Assembly (NCBI GenBank): GCA_002269645.1
Contig: NIVC01001299.1
Coordinates: 1-64,000 of the forward strand
Origin: Macrostomum lignano
Lineage: Eukaryota
Direction of reading: 5' to 3'
Length of the DNA: 64,000 nt
Shown here piece after piece: positions 19,548-33,410 of this stretch. The notes under the pieces were generated by a model that was not told where the DNA came from, did no database searches, and worked only from the letters and a program-made list of their open reading frames with translations. Both the position numbers and the translations under genes were made by a program. The first letter of the stretch is position 1. Each line of letters starts with the position of its first letter.

Positions 19548-22434
19548 ATGTCGCAATCAGTCAGCGGTTGTCAAGCGGTTGCTAAGGCGAAAAAGTCTGT
19601 GGCGGTGGTTGGCGCTGGCGCTGCAGGCCTGGCCGTTGCGGCCACTCTGAGACGCAGCTGCTTGGTGACCGTGTTCGAGCGGAGTTCAGATTTTGTTGGT
19701 GGCGTGTGGAACTACAGCTCAGACCGGAACGGAGGTCCCATGTACTGTCGGTTGAGGACTAACCTGCCTAAGGAGATCATGGCCTATCCTGACTGGGAGT
19801 GGCGCCGACCAGCCGGTGTCAGCTTTGTGGATCACGATAGCGTGCTCGAGTATTTGAGGTCTTATTGCTATGACCAGGTGAGGGCTGCGTGAGAAACAGC
19901 AGGACATGATAAGAAATGATAGCACGAGATGAAAATTGATATGACATGTGAGAGGATGAGAATCGATATATGAGAGGATGAGAATAGATATCGGAGGATG
20001 AGAAATAATATGAGAGGATGAGAATCGTTATGAGAGGATGAGAATTGGTATGGGAGTCTGACAAACTTTATGGGAGGATGAGAATCGATATGAGAGAACG
20101 AGAATCAATATGAGATAAAAAAGAATCGATATGAGATGACGAGAATCGATATGAGATGTGTTGAGTGAAGGAAACTCCTGCTGTAAAGTACAAAGCCAGT
20201 TAATATTTCAGTAGAAGACCTGTATTCCCCTCATTCCTCTGTTTCAGGGCCTAGATAAGCACATTCTATTCGGCCAAGAAGTACTTTCGGTTAGTCAAAG
20301 TGCATCCATCGATGACACTTCACCAACTGACACCGGCAGTAGGTCTTGGATAGTACAGACCAGTCGCAGTGGTCCTCGGACATTTGATGCAGTGGTTCTA
20401 GCGAATGGTCACTATGCTAAACCCATGTTGCCCCGGCTGCCAGGTATTGAGAATGTGCCTTCTGGGTTGGTCAGTCATAGCTGCACTTATCGAAGGGCTG
20501 AAGATTTTAAGGTGGGTTTTAAAGCTGAAGTTTTGATTCTCTTTTTGATTACACTGCTTAGCCGTTTTGCTTAGATTTTAGCCTTGAGCCTCAATAAGAC
20601 TCGCCCTTCTCCTACCACAAAATCGCCATTAATCCTCCACAAGAATTATCCTTAATCCACTCTAAGAATCGCCAATTATCCACCCTAAGAATCGCCATGA
20701 ATCCACTCAAAGAATCGCCCTTAATCCACCACAAGAATTTTTCCTTAACGAGGAATCGCTATTAATCCAACATAAATAAGAATCGCCATTAATCCACCAC
20801 AAGAATCGCCATTAATGCTCCATAAAAATCGTTATTAATCAACCACAAGAATTGCCATTAATCCACCCTAAGAATCGCCAATGACACCCCTCCACAAGAA
20901 TTGCCATTAATCCACCCTAAGAATCGCCAATGACCCCCCTCCACAAGAATTGCCATTAATCCACCCTAAGAATCGCCAATGACACCCCTCCACAAGAATT
21001 GCCATTAATCCACCCTAAGAATCGCCAATGACACCCCTCCACAAGAATTGCCATTAATCCACCCTAAGAATCGCCAATGACCCCCTCCACAAGAATTGCC
21101 ATTAATCCACCCTAAGAATCGCCAATGACACCCCTCCACAAGAATTGCCATTAATCCACCCTAAGAATCGCCAATGACACCCCTCCACAAGAATTGCCAT
21201 TAATCCACCCTAAGAATCGCCAATGACACCCCTCACAAGAATTGCCATTAATCCACCAAAGAATCGCCAATGACCCCCCCCCCCCACAAGAATTGTCCTT
21301 AATCCACCAGAGGAATCGCTATTAATCCAACATAAATAAAAATCGATAAAAAACTATAATCCACCATAATTGAGTCTCCCTCAATCCACCCTAAGAATCG
21401 CCAATAATCCCTCACAAGAATTGCGATCAATTAATCCACCGTGAGAATCGTCATTAATCCACCACAAAATCGCCATTAATCCACCACAAGAATCGCCAAT
21501 AATCCCCCACAAGAATTGCCATTAGTCCACCCTAAGAATCACCAGTAATCCCCCACAAGAATCGCCATTAGAGCACCATAAGAATCGCCATTAATCCATC
21601 GCAAGAATCGCCACTAATCCACCCTGAGAATTGCTCTAACATTACATAGTTCCCCGAAAGTTCTACAAAAGTACAATCCAAACCAAAATTCCCTCAACCC
21701 GTCAGGACAAAGTTGTGGCACTCCTTGGTGCGGCCTCCAGCGGCCAGGACATCGCCCTTGAACTGACCTCATCGGCCGAACACGTCTACCTGTGCCACCG
21801 TGGTCCCAGATTACAGTCAGCGCTTCCAAAGAACCTTACAGAGTTGTACGCCATGGATAGTGTCAACTTTGACGCTAATAACAATCAATTTCATATTTTC
21901 GTATCGACTGATGATTCTTCATCAGCAATTGGAAAAGTGCAAGTCGATCACGTGATGTTCTGCACAGGTTACGATTATAATTTTCCATTTCTAGCCAGCG
22001 AGCTGACCAGGCCAAGTCACGTGCCCAACCTGTACATGCAGGTGGCCCACTGCACTCTGCAGGGTCTGTTCTTCGTAGGCCTGTGCACTCATGTGGTGCC
22101 ATTCCCGCAGTTTCATCTGCAATCCAAACTCATTGAAGCAATTCTGCTTGGCCAGCTAAAACTGCCTGACGATGCTGAATCGACTAGTCTGAGAGATGAA
22201 GCTGAGAAGCTGGCTAGCGGTGTGCCTGCAAGGCATTTGCATTTGCTGGGCGATGATCAATGGGATTATAATGATCAATTGGCCGATTTGGCTGGCTGCC
22301 AAAGGTTTCCTGTCGTGATGAGGCTTATCTACGACGATGTGAGGCTGGAAAGAAAACTGAGATTAGTTGATTTCAGGCAATGGGCTTACAGTATTACTGG
22401 GCCTGACAGCTTTGAGAAGCGGTTTGTGAGCTGA
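19548..22434 (+). CDS. Flavin-containing monooxygenase (FMO GS-OX/SNO-like); exons 19548-19877, 20248-20511, 21706-22434
   Basis: GAGAAG FAD motif, GGVW, LRTNLPKEIM.YPD, ANGHY, SHS..YR, GAASSGQD NADPH motif, CTGYDYNFPFL; phase-0 GT-AG introns. Confidence 0.93.
19915..20160. repeat. Degenerate 20-bp minisatellite (GAGAATCGATATGAGAGGAT)
   Basis: Visible in FMO intron 1. Confidence 0.85.
20600..21630. repeat. 20-bp-based minisatellite (CCACAAGAATYGCCATTAAT), higher-order in its centre
   Basis: Visible in FMO intron 2. Confidence 0.92.
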
Positions 22435-22461
22435 TGCTTTGAACTAATTGAACTGAACTTC

Positions 22462-23035
22462 TGCTCTTACTGACATCCTTACTGACTCCTCTGACGTCCT
22501 TATTGACTCTTCTGACATCCTTACTGACTCCTCTGACGTCATTACTGACTCCTCTGACGTCCTTATTGACTCTTCTGACATCCTTACTGGTTCTTCTGAC
22601 ATCCTTAAACTGACTCTTCTGACATCCTTACTGACTCTTCTGACATCCTTAAACTGACTCTTCTGACATCCTTACTGACTCTTCTGACATCCTTAAACTG
22701 ACTCTTCTGACATCCTTTCTGACTCTTCTGACATCCTTACTGACTCTTCTGACATCCTTAAACTGATTCTTCTGACATCCTTTCTGACTCTTCTGACATC
22801 CTTACTGACTCTTCTGACATCCTTAAACTGATTCTTCTGACATCCTTTCTGACTCTTCTGACATCCTTAAACTGATTCTTCTGACATCCTTTCTGACTCT
22901 TCTGACATCCTTAAACTGACTCTTCTGACATCCTTTCTGACTCTTCTGACATCCTTACTGACTCTTCTGACATCCTTAAACTGATTCTTCTGACATCCTT
23001 TCTGACTCTTCTGACATCCTAACTGACTCTTCTGT
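22462..23035. repeat. 21-bp minisatellite (ACTGACTCTTCTGACATCCTT)
   Basis: Directly visible tandem array. Confidence 0.95.
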
Positions 23036-23444
23036 CTCCCTTGAGACTTTCTGAGTTACTAAAATTCTGCTGCTCATTTGATAGCAGAAGATTTCTGACA
23101 TCGCGATGTTCCTACTGACAATCGTGTAGTCTTTTTAGAAATTATTATTGATTTTTCAAGGCTTTATATGTCTTCTACTTGTAAAGCAAAACCCCTGTTC
23201 TTTAGATGAATAAATGAAATATTAGTCCGATATTATTAACACTTTATTTTCAAGACTTACATTTAATTGATGCCTAAGTAAATTGATATTGTGCCTTTCT
23301 ATGTGTACATGAGAGAATTGTTAGACAGATGTCCAGTATTGAAACCTGATTAATTGAACACGCGGTTTTTTCCACAGAATTCTGTGGTTTTTTCTGTTGA
23401 TTATTTTTATTGCGTTTCTGTGAGCTTTTGGGAGTATTGGGTGA

Positions 23445-24245
23445 GGCAGAGGGTGAGATTGATAGTTTAGAGGGTGAGATTGATAGTCGAGAGGTGAGAT
23501 TGATAGTCGAGAGGGTGAGATTGATAGTCGAGAGAGTGAGATTGATAATCGAATGGTGAGATTAATAGTTACAGGGTGAGATTAGTAGTCGAGAGGGTGA
23601 GATTGATAATCGAATGGTGAGATTAATAGTTACAGGGTGAGATTGATACATGTAGTTGAAGGTTGAGATTTATATTCGGATAACGAGATTGATTGAGATT
23701 AGGGTGTGATAGTCGGGAGAGTGAGATTGATAGCCGGGAGAGTGAGATTGATAGCCGGGAGAGTGAGATTGATAGTCGGGAGGGTGAGATTGATAGTCGG
23801 AGAGTGGATTCAAACTCGGAGGGTGAGATTGATAGTTGAAGGTTGAGATTGATAGTCGGGAGGGTGAGATTGATAGTCGGGAGGGTGAGATTGAGAGTCG
23901 GAAGGGTGAGATTGATAGTCGGGACGGTGAGATTGATAGTCGAGAGGTGATATTGATAGTCGAGAGGGTGAGATTGATAGTCGAGAGGGTGAGATTGATA
24001 GTCGAGAGGGTGAGATTGATAGTCGAGAGGTGAGATTGATAGTTTAGAGGGTGAGATTGATAGTTTAGAGGGTGAGATTGATAGTCGAGAGGGTGAGATT
24101 GATAGTCGGGAGGGTGAGATTGATAGTCGGAAGGGTGAGATTGATAGTCGGAAGGGTGAGATTGATAGTCGGGAGGGTGAGATTGATAGTCGGGAGGGTG
24201 AGATTGATAGTCGGGAGGGTGAGATTGATAGTCGGGAGGGTAAGA
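23445..24245. repeat. 21-bp minisatellite (GAGGGTGAGATTGATAGTCGG)
   Basis: Directly visible tandem array. Confidence 0.95.
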
Positions 24246-24319
24246 TCGAGAGTCCAGCCATCTAGTAGTGAAAAGATCCCCATTCACCAAACGTTCCCCA
24301 TCTGCAGCCCCTGTCCACC

Positions 24320-27159
24320 ATGCCGGGTCACCGCTTCGACTTGGCCATCGTAGGCGGCGGTATTGTTGGCGCTGCCACAGCCCGTGAGGTGACGAAACGG
24401 TGGCCAAAACTTCGCTGCCTCCTACTGGAGAAGGAGTCCGGCTTGGCCCGGCATCAGAGCGGCCACAACTCCGGCGTGATTCACGCGGTAATTTATTATC
24501 AGCCTGGCAGTTTGAAAGCTAAGCTGTGCGTTCGCGGAATGCGGCTCATGTACGACTATTGCGATGCTAGACGGCTGCCGTGTAAGAAGGTTGGCAAACT
24601 CATTGTGGCCACTAGGGAGGACGAGTTTGATAGGTGAGTATCTTAGGTCTGAGATCTGAGAATATCATTTTACAGTCTGAGAGTCTCTCGTGCGATACCT
24701 GAAGAATCTCACTCCATGCTTAGGAATTCTAACTCCGTTCCTAAAGAATCTCACCCTATTTCTAAATAATCTCACCCCACCACTAAAAATGTCATCCTAT
24801 CCCTAAAGAATCTCACCCTATCCCTAAAAATCCTAAAAAATCTCACCCCATCCCTTGAGGATCTGACCCAATTCCTAAAGAATCTCACCCAGTCCCTGAA
24901 GAATCTCACCATTTCTGTGAATTCCCACCCTGTCCCTAAGAAATTTCACTCCATCCCTAAAGAATCTCACCCCATCCCTTGAGAATCTCACCCCATCCCT
25001 AAAGAATTTCACCATATCCCTAAAAAGTCTCACCCTATCTTAAATAATCTTACCCCATCCCTAAAGAATCTCACCCCATCCCTTGAGAATCTCACCCCAT
25101 CCCTAAAGAATTTCACCCTATCCCTAAAAAGTCTCACCCTATCCCTAAAGAATCTCACCCCATCTCTAAAGAATCTCACCCTATCTCTAAGGAATCTCAC
25201 CCCATCCCTAAAGAATTTCACCCTATCCCTAAAAAGTCTCACCCTATCTTAAAGAATCTTACCCTATTCCTAAAGAATCTCACCCCGTCCTTAAAGAATC
25301 TCACCCCATACCTAAAGAATTTCACCCTATCCCTAAAAAATCTCACTCCATCCCTAAAGAATCTCACCCAATTTCTATAAACTCCCACCCTGTCCCTAAG
25401 AAACCTCACCCTGTTCCTAAGAAATCTCACCACGTCACTAAGAAATCTCACCCTATCTCTAGTGCATATTAATTAATTAAGTGATTAAATATGATTTAAA
25501 TAATTATAAATCATATTCGCTACATTCCTACTTGGAAAATTAGTAGCATAATACGCACATTGGTTATACTATTTGTTATAATAAAGAACCTATATTTTCT
25601 CAGGCTAGCAGAATTAAAACGCCGCGGCGAGGAGAATCGAGTCCCGGACCTTCGTTTGCTGACCAACCAATCGGAGATTCTCGCCGTAGAGCCCAACTGC
25701 ACCGGCGGCCTTCGGGCTTTGCACTCGCCGCACACGGGTATCGCCGACTTTGGCGCGGTGACCCGCTCTTTCGGGGACGATTTTCTGGCCTCTGGCGGCG
25801 AAGTTCGTCTGGGCTTTGAACTCGCTTCCGTCCGCTTCGATTCTGCGCAGCTGTCGGAACCGAATGGTTTGTGCTTTATTGTCTACACTTTGCTACTTAT
25901 TTTAGCGGTGTTAGTAGGCTGGTTGCGGAATTGTCAGTAAAATTGTTAACAATCTCTCTCCTCGCCCTTACAGCCCAAAATTTCACCCTATCCCTTGAGA
26001 ATCTCACCACATCCTTTTGAGAATCTCACCACATCCCTTGGGAATCTCCCCACATCCCTTTGAGAATCTCACCACATATATTTGAGAATATCATTACAAT
26101 CCCTTTAAGAATCTCATCAAATCCCATAAGAATCTCACCACATCCCATAAGAATCTCACCACATCCCTTGAGAATCTCACCGCATCCCTTGAGAATCTCA
26201 CCGCATCCCTTGAGAATCTCACCGCATCCCTTGAGAATCTCACCGCATCCCTTGAGAATCTCACCGCATCCCTTGAGAATCTCACCACATCCCTTGAGAA
26301 TCTCACCACATCCATTTGAGAATCTCACCACATCCCTTGAGAATCTCACCACATCCATTTGAGAATCTCACCACATCCCTTGAGAATCTCATTTCGTTCT
26401 TTAAGAATCTCAGTCATCCATATCCGTCCGGCAGGCTACCCGTTGACTCTTCAACCCGCCACGGGCAAATCGGTCAGCTGCCGACGCCTCATCACATGCG
26501 CCGGCCTGCACAGCGACCGCGTCGCCGCCATGACTCTAACCAAGGATGACGCATCATCGGATTCTAAGACTGCTCAGTCTCCACCGCCGCCGCCATCTAT
26601 CGTACCATTTCGGGGAGATTATCTGGTCCTTCGTCCTGGCCGAGAGTCGCTAGTCCGTGGCAACATCTACCCAGTGCCCGATCCCAGATTCCCATTCCTG
26701 GGAGTTCATTTCACGCCCAGAATTGACGGCTCAGTGTGGCTGGGGCCCAACGCTGTATTGGCTTTCAAACGAGAAGGCTACGGTCTGTGGGATATCAGTG
26801 CCAGAGATTTGGCCGATGCGTTGAGCAAGCCGGGCCTGTGGAGACTACTAGCAGCCAATATTGGTCCGGGACTGCGAGAACTTCGTCGGGTTATCGACAC
26901 TGGCGCAATGGTGGAAGAATTACGACGATTTGTGCCGTCGTTGAGTCGAGACGACGTGGCTAGAGGTCCTAGCGGGGTTCGAGCTCAGGCCCTTGCCGAT
27001 ACGGGCGCTTTGGTTGACGATTTTGTTATTGTAGGCGATTCCGAGGGTCGTGTGATGCACGTCTGTAATGCGCCCTCGCCTGCTGCCACGTCGTCGTTGG
27101 CGATTGCCGAGTTTGTGGCTGATAGGGCGAATGAAAAACTGGGTTTGGGGCTTCTGTAA
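24320..27159 (+). CDS. L2HGDH: L-2-hydroxyglutarate dehydrogenase; exons 24320-24633, 25604-25866, 26435-27159
   Basis: IVGGGIVG, HQSGHNSGVIHA..YY.PGSLKAKLCVRG, IYPVPDPRFPFLGVHFTPR..G.VWLGPNAV, GVRAQAL, NAPSPAATSSLAIA. Confidence 0.95.
24720..25460. repeat. 21-bp minisatellite (AAAGAATCTCACCCCATCCCT)
   Basis: Visible in L2HGDH intron 1. Confidence 0.93.
25978..26395. repeat. 21-bp minisatellite (GAGAATCTCACCACATCCCTT)
   Basis: Visible in L2HGDH intron 2. Confidence 0.93.
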
Positions 27160-28155
27160 TTTTTTAATAAGTAATTCAACTTTATAAAACAACAATTTTT
27201 TTTGCGCCTGCGCCTGTTGTGTCAATTTTAAATTTTGGGGTTGATCAAGTTTATCGATTTTCATTTTAAGCTAGTCTAGACGCAGCTGAGCGCGTGAGGT
27301 GTCGCTAACAGTTTTCTGTAACACTTTCTTCCCCCATCTCCTCACTTTATCGATTTGTTGCCTCTTCTCAGAGGGAGGGGTGGTGGCTAGTGCTTATCAG
27401 TTTTCCAGTCCGTCCCTCACCCTCTTTTTTTCCCGCTGACCCAGGCTTCGTTTTATCGATTCTGGCCTTGCCCGTTTGTGCGTGAGATTGGTTGTTGTTT
27501 TAACGGTTTTCAAGTCCGTCCCTTACCCCCGCCTCCTCCACTAACTTTTCTACCCCTCCCCCACTATTGCTTTGTTGCCTCTTCGCGCGCGCGGGGGAGG
27601 GGTGGTCGCTAGTGCTTATCAGATTTCCAGTCCGTCCCTCACCCCCCTTTTCCACCCCTCCTCGGCCCGCCGACCCATGCCCTGTTTTATCGATTTTGGC
27701 TTTGCCCCACGGTTCCAATCGTGCGTTTTTGAAGGTTGGCTTGGTGATCTATTAATTTTCCATTCTTTCCTCCATCAAAATACCCTGCACTAGCCTCACT
27801 TTATCGCCTGTTGGTGTGCAGCAGCTTTCTTTCAACTCTGCGTAAATCCTGGGTCCTGACTCGGTGTTAATGACCAAACAACTTTTTTGATTAGCTATAT
27901 TTTGCTAATAGAAGTATTTCAGAATAAGTGCTGAAAGACTAGCTAGCTCGCATTAGTTAACCATGATTCAAATCTTAATGATAAATACGATGCATTGTAT
28001 TTTCGTAAATATAAATTAAATAGTTTTGATTTGCTATTAAATTAGAGGAAACTTTTATCGAATTAATTAACTTCCGATAACAACAAATAGGTCGAAGAAG
28101 TGCATTGAAGGATGTCTTAATCTTAATCTTAACTTAATCTTAATCTTAATCTTAA

Positions 28156-30745
28156 TCACAGAACAGGCGGCGGAGGCGGTGGCGGCACCATCGTCAGCAT
28201 TGGATTCCAGCAGTCCTGCCTGTCGTCTCCTCCATAACTGTTGTCGATTTCAAAGTTTTGAGCTTGCCAGTCAGTTCTATCCTGGCGAATAGCCGCTTCT
28301 CGGCTACGTTTTCTAACGCGCCAAATTATTCTAGACGAATACTCGTGGAAAGGTTTAATCAAACGCAAACATCCGGTTGCGCACAAGCGTCTGAAATTGT
28401 GACGAAATCTTGGTACAGTGGCCATGAGCAGCAGAGGACTGGCGCACAGTTGTATCGAAGTCAGCAGTCTGCTCATGTAGAGGTACAACTCGTCATCGAT
28501 CTGATAAACCGATGCTGTTTGATGCTGTTGGCCAAATTTTAGCCAATTCTCTCGCTGTTGCCTCCGCACATGCGGATGAGTGCCAGCTCTCAATAGGTAG
28601 TAGTGCAGGTGCATCAAACAGTTGTACACAGCCGGTAACAGACACAGCAGCGCATAGCCAAAGCAGCAAGCCACCAGTCCTGTCTGTATGCTGCAGTAGA
28701 GCTCCGAATCGATGACGTACTGCAATAATAGCCGCCGCTTTTGCTGCTGCTGCTGCTGATTTCTGCAATTAAAAAATCAATCCATTTTGTCACTACGCTG
28801 AAACTGGTACCGAACCAAGAGCTTTTCGAGTGCTTTGATAGCCGTTGAGGCACTATAGAAAACAGGGAAAAAATAACTGTTGCTGGTTAGACTGTAAATT
28901 AAATTGCTACCATGAAGCACATTTAAAGTGAACGAATCTTTTCTCAGCACCATCTTGAAAACCTTAAAAGCGGTTTTTTCTGAGTATTAAAATTCAGAGC
29001 CTTTGTCACTAGCCCAGGGTTAAGTGATCTATTCATTTAAAATAATCAAAAACTCCCACTTCGTGGGATTCGGATTTGGTCAGGCTTTCTAAAAGCAGAT
29101 AACACAATCTGGTAAACTTCTGGTAAAATTTCGCCGAATCGACTTCGCCAGGCTGCCCACAACCTTTGTGCGAATTAAGGTCTGTTTTTGGGAATTACTG
29201 GACATTTCTTCAAGTCAAAATGTGTTCAAAAGGTCGTACTTACATCGAGACATCATTCCGCAATCGGTTTTTCCAACCGGAAATTAACCAGCACAAACTG
29301 GCCAATGAGAATAGTATTGTCAGCGTCACGGGAATGACGTCACCAACTAGGAGATCGCCTATTGGCCAGAACCAATTGGTGAACGTGTCTGTGATTGGCC
29401 AGCGCTCGGTCCAACCGCAGTGCAGAATTCTATTGGTGGTATCTCCACTGGCTAATGGGCTCTCCGTCACAATCGTGAGAGTCCACAGGTGGTGCGCGTT
29501 GAACAAGACAACCAGCACGCAGGCAAGAATGGTGCTGTTCTTAACCCACTCTCGGGAGTAGCTGTTCACCCGGTCAAATGGTTGGCGCACTAATCGATAA
29601 GTGTCAATCGCCAGTGCCGTTTGTAGCAGAGATTTAAAATGGTACAAGGATGAGTAGGCCAGATTAATCAGCTGGCAACTGGACTCGTCCATCAGAGCCA
29701 GGCTCAGGCTGAGTTTCACGTCCAGGGCCGATTGCATCCACAGGTCGAGGCACCGGCTCCACAGCAGAACCGTGTCTGTGCAGGCCAGAAGCATCAGGTA
29801 GAGACAGACTGGTAGCTGACGCCCGCTGTAGGTGAGGAGCAACCGGCCGGTCAGACAGTTGGTCAGAGTGCCGAAAATCAGCAGTGCCAGAGGCAGGAAG
29901 CAGTCCAGCTGACGAAGAATTTCGCTTGAGTAATTCCCCGTGCATTCAATATCCCAGGCAACGGGCTGATCGGTTGTGGACAATTGGGACGCAGAGGCTG
30001 ATGCTTGAAGCTGGCGTTGCTGCTGCTGCTGCAGGACACTTAAAATTCTGCCTCCGGCTGTTGCGATGTAAAGGAAATTAAAAAGTTCTTTCTTTATGTA
30101 CTGTTAGAATCTTTCACTTTCCTTGTGGGTCTTTTGGTTTTCTCTGCATATGGTCTTTCTCTTCACGACTTTGCATGACTTTATTTTTATTCATGCACTG
30201 TAACTTTCTTTGCTCTCTTCAGTTCAAATCCTCTGTCTAGTTTTTCTCTTTTCCTGAGGCACCCATCTTACTGATACGTGTTACATCTACCATGCAGTCC
30301 TTGGTGCTGACTAATTAAAAAGCATCCCATCAAAAGATAACTCATCACCTTTAATTTGGAAACAAATTTCTTCTATGAGGAGCCGTCGACCTCTTTGATT
30401 TCAAGCAAAGGTGAAATTCAATTATGATGACGGATGCTGTTAGTTCTTACCGCCAGTGGAAGTCAACGAAGCAGCTGACGAGTCATCGAGTCCTTCCTCG
30501 CTGCTACCCTCTGTCCACATGATGCAGCGATAGTCCGTCAGACGGCTCGGGCAGTACTGCGCCAACTTCCCACTCCGATGAAAGAAGCATCCGCTATTGA
30601 TGAAGCTGAACAGACTCCCTCCGGTGATATTTCCGCGTCTACTAGTGTCTCCGTGCAAGCTTTCAGACTCCGACTGCGACTGGGCGCTGATTGTTGAACC
30701 GCTATGGAACCTGACCCTACCGCTTGCGCCGCCGCCCCGAGCCAT
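28156..30745 (-). CDS. Rhodopsin-like (class A) orphan GPCR, 571 aa; exons 30745-30451, 30057-29244, 28762-28156
   Basis: Seven hydrophobic segments; G.LTN (TM1), YL..LA.TD (TM2), C..TM3..IDTY, IP (TM5). Exon phases 1 and 2 match and the total of 1716 nt is divisible by 3. Confidence 0.82.
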
Positions 30746-31394
30746 GTCAATTAGCAGTTCCGATTCTTATAGAATTCAAACTACTCGGTAATAAATAGTT
30801 TTCAATATTGTCTTGAAGTCCCTGGGTTATTGGGGGCACCCTTATTGTAACTTCCGAAATGATTTCTAACAACTGATCCCCAGGTCAGTTTGATTGGTGG
30901 ATGGCTTTTGCAACCAATCGGATTTTGCATTTATCCTGTAATTTCCTTGTAACCCCCCCCCTGCCTCGATGCCCTGTCATGCGTAGCAATGAGGAATGGT
31001 AGCTTGGGAAATTTTGGGGATCTGTCTGCTTTTGAGGGATCGACTTGGCTTGCCTACTAAAGCTTGTCTTGCTGTATGTCTTTAGCAACCTACATGTAAA
31101 TCGGTGAACTTACATGTACATCCTGAGCAACCAGATTGGTGATCCTGGGTCCCATGTCAGGTCCCTGGCAACCAGAATTGTGTCCCTCGATCCCGTTCGT
31201 GACCCTAGAAACCTGATTAAAGCCCATGGATCCGAAATTGGCGTTTTTGACTACTAATGCCAAATTAGCGTCCTTAGAAACCCAGTTAGTGCCTCTAGAT
31301 CAAGGGGTCGGCAAACATATTTACCCCAAGGGCTAGATAAGGAAACCAGCGGGCCATATGAGAGAGGAAAAGAGAGGGAATACGAGCTCATAGA

Positions 31395-31600
31395 GAAGGA
31401 GAGACGAGAACAGAGGCGAGAGATGGGATGAGAGAAAGGCAAAAGATAAGAGGAGAAAAGAGGAGAGAGAGGGGAGGGGGAGGAAAGGGTAGAGGGAGAA
31501 AGGGGAGAGTGGAGGAAGAGAAGAGAGGGAATAGGAGAGGGCAGAGAGGAGAGGAGGAGAGAAGAGCGAGAGCTGAAGACAGACATGAGAGGATAGAGAG
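31395..31600. repeat. AG-rich low-complexity tract
   Basis: Near-pure purine stretch. Confidence 0.85.
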
Positions 31601-32528
31601 GCTTCGCAGGCTGCACGTGGCCCGCGGGCTGGATTTCGCCGACCCCTGCAGTCTAGATCCAAAATCGGCATCTCTAAATCCTGAATCGGGTTCACTTGGC
31701 AACTAAGTTGAACCTTGGTTTTAGTAATTATCGATGGAAACAGAAACCGACCGAAATGTCCGAAAGGCATGCAAATTGGACACAAAAATGTCTGTAGTTT
31801 TGCTACATGTGCATGGGTACATCCAATTCCCCACTCTGTAATATGAAGTAGATATACGATTGCTAAAGATATTTGGAACGTTTTGGTAACCACATTTAGA
31901 ATCTTCCAGCACAGAAAATTGACAACGCCTCTATCGGTTGTACCTCAGCTATTTGCCGCACGAAAGATAAGCAAAAAAGAAACGGTTAGTTATCAATTAA
32001 GCTTCTTTTTCTATCAGTCTGTCCAACTTTATGATGCATAACCTACATGTATAACCCTAGTCAGAGATTTCTACGCCTTAGAACTTGGCCGATAAAATCC
32101 TATCCAATTGACTGCTTGGAACCGATAAAAGTTCCCTTCTTCCGCGCCGCGGCGGTGTCGTCTTTAAGTCAAATTATAACTGCGATGCGCATGTAAATTG
32201 ACTTTCCTGGTAGTATAGCGCGCGAGCCTGTCGTATTCTGACTTCGATCGCGTCTGGAAGAGAAAGTTGCTATCGATTGATTATCCAGTTTTGTCCAAGA
32301 GCAGCCTTGCTATCCCCTTTCCCTAGTTAACGCTAATCGGGTTTCCTGTCTTGAGAAGATTTACAGCTCCCGATAAGCGGCCAAGTTTTGCTACACGGCT
32401 AAGGAAGTTCGAAAAGTGCTTTTAACGTTAATTAGAATTTATGCTCAGCTGGTTGGTTTACCCATGGAGGCCTCCTAATCGGTGAATACAACGATGGATG
32501 ACAACGTTAGACTTGCCACATCGGCCAA

Positions 32529-33410
32529 CAGGGGGGTGTCGCCATGGATTTTATGCTTAGGTGGGGGAACAAACCTAAGAATTTTACATGACTAAATTCC
32601 TACATTACTTTTTGGGAATCGGTGTTGTTACTCATTTTAACGCCACAGGCACTCATTTTAACGCCACAGGCACTCGTTTTGGCGCCGCAGGCACTCATTT
32701 TGGCGCTACATGCACTCATTTTGGCGCCGCAGGCACTCATTTTGGCGCTACATGCACTCATTTTGGCGCCGCAGGCACTCATTTTGGCGCTGTAGGCACT
32801 TATTTTGGCGCCGCAGGCACTCATTTTGGCGCCGCAGGCACTCATTTTGGCACCGCAGGCAGTCACTTATTTTGGCGCCGCAGGCAGTCACTTATTTTGG
32901 CGCCGCAGGCAGTCACTTATTTTGGCGCCGCAGGCAGTCACTTATTTTGGCGCCGCAGGCACTCATTTTGGCGCCGCAGGCAGTCACTTATTTTGGCGCC
33001 GCAGGCACTCATTTTGGCGCCGCAGGCACTCATTTTGGCGCCGCAGGCAGTCACTTATTTTGGCGCCGCAGGCACTCATTTTGGCGCCGCAGGCAGTCAC
33101 TTATTTTGGCGCCGCCGGCAGTCACTTATTTTGGCGCCGCTGGCACTCATTTTAGCGCCGCAGGCAGTCACTTATTTTGGCGCCGCAGGCACTCATTTTG
33201 GCGCCGCAGGCAGTCACTTATTTTGGCGCCGCCGGCAGTCACTTATTTTGGCGCCGCAGGCAGTCACTTATTTTGGCGCCGCTGGCACTCATTTTAGCGC
33301 CGCAGGCAGTCACTTATTTTGGCGCCGCTGGCACTCATTTTAGCGCCGCAGGCAGTCACTTATTTTGGCGCCGCAGGCACTCATTTTAGCGCCGAAGGCA
33401 ATCATTTTGT
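32529..33410 (+). mobile_element. Second, 3'-truncated copy of the minisatellite-bearing MITE-like family
   Basis: Starts CAGGGGGGTGTCGCCATGGATTTTATG like 49607; same 21-bp unit plus a 25-bp derivative. Confidence 0.55.

Noticed and set aside
16540-26400. CRISPR-like repeat arrays
   Set aside because: Units are directly adjacent with no unique spacers, the context is eukaryotic, and there are no cas genes.
27330-27760. Two diverged ~200-bp tandem copies downstream of L2HGDH
   Set aside because: A real local duplication, but no coding, terminal-repeat or structural signal to assign it a function.
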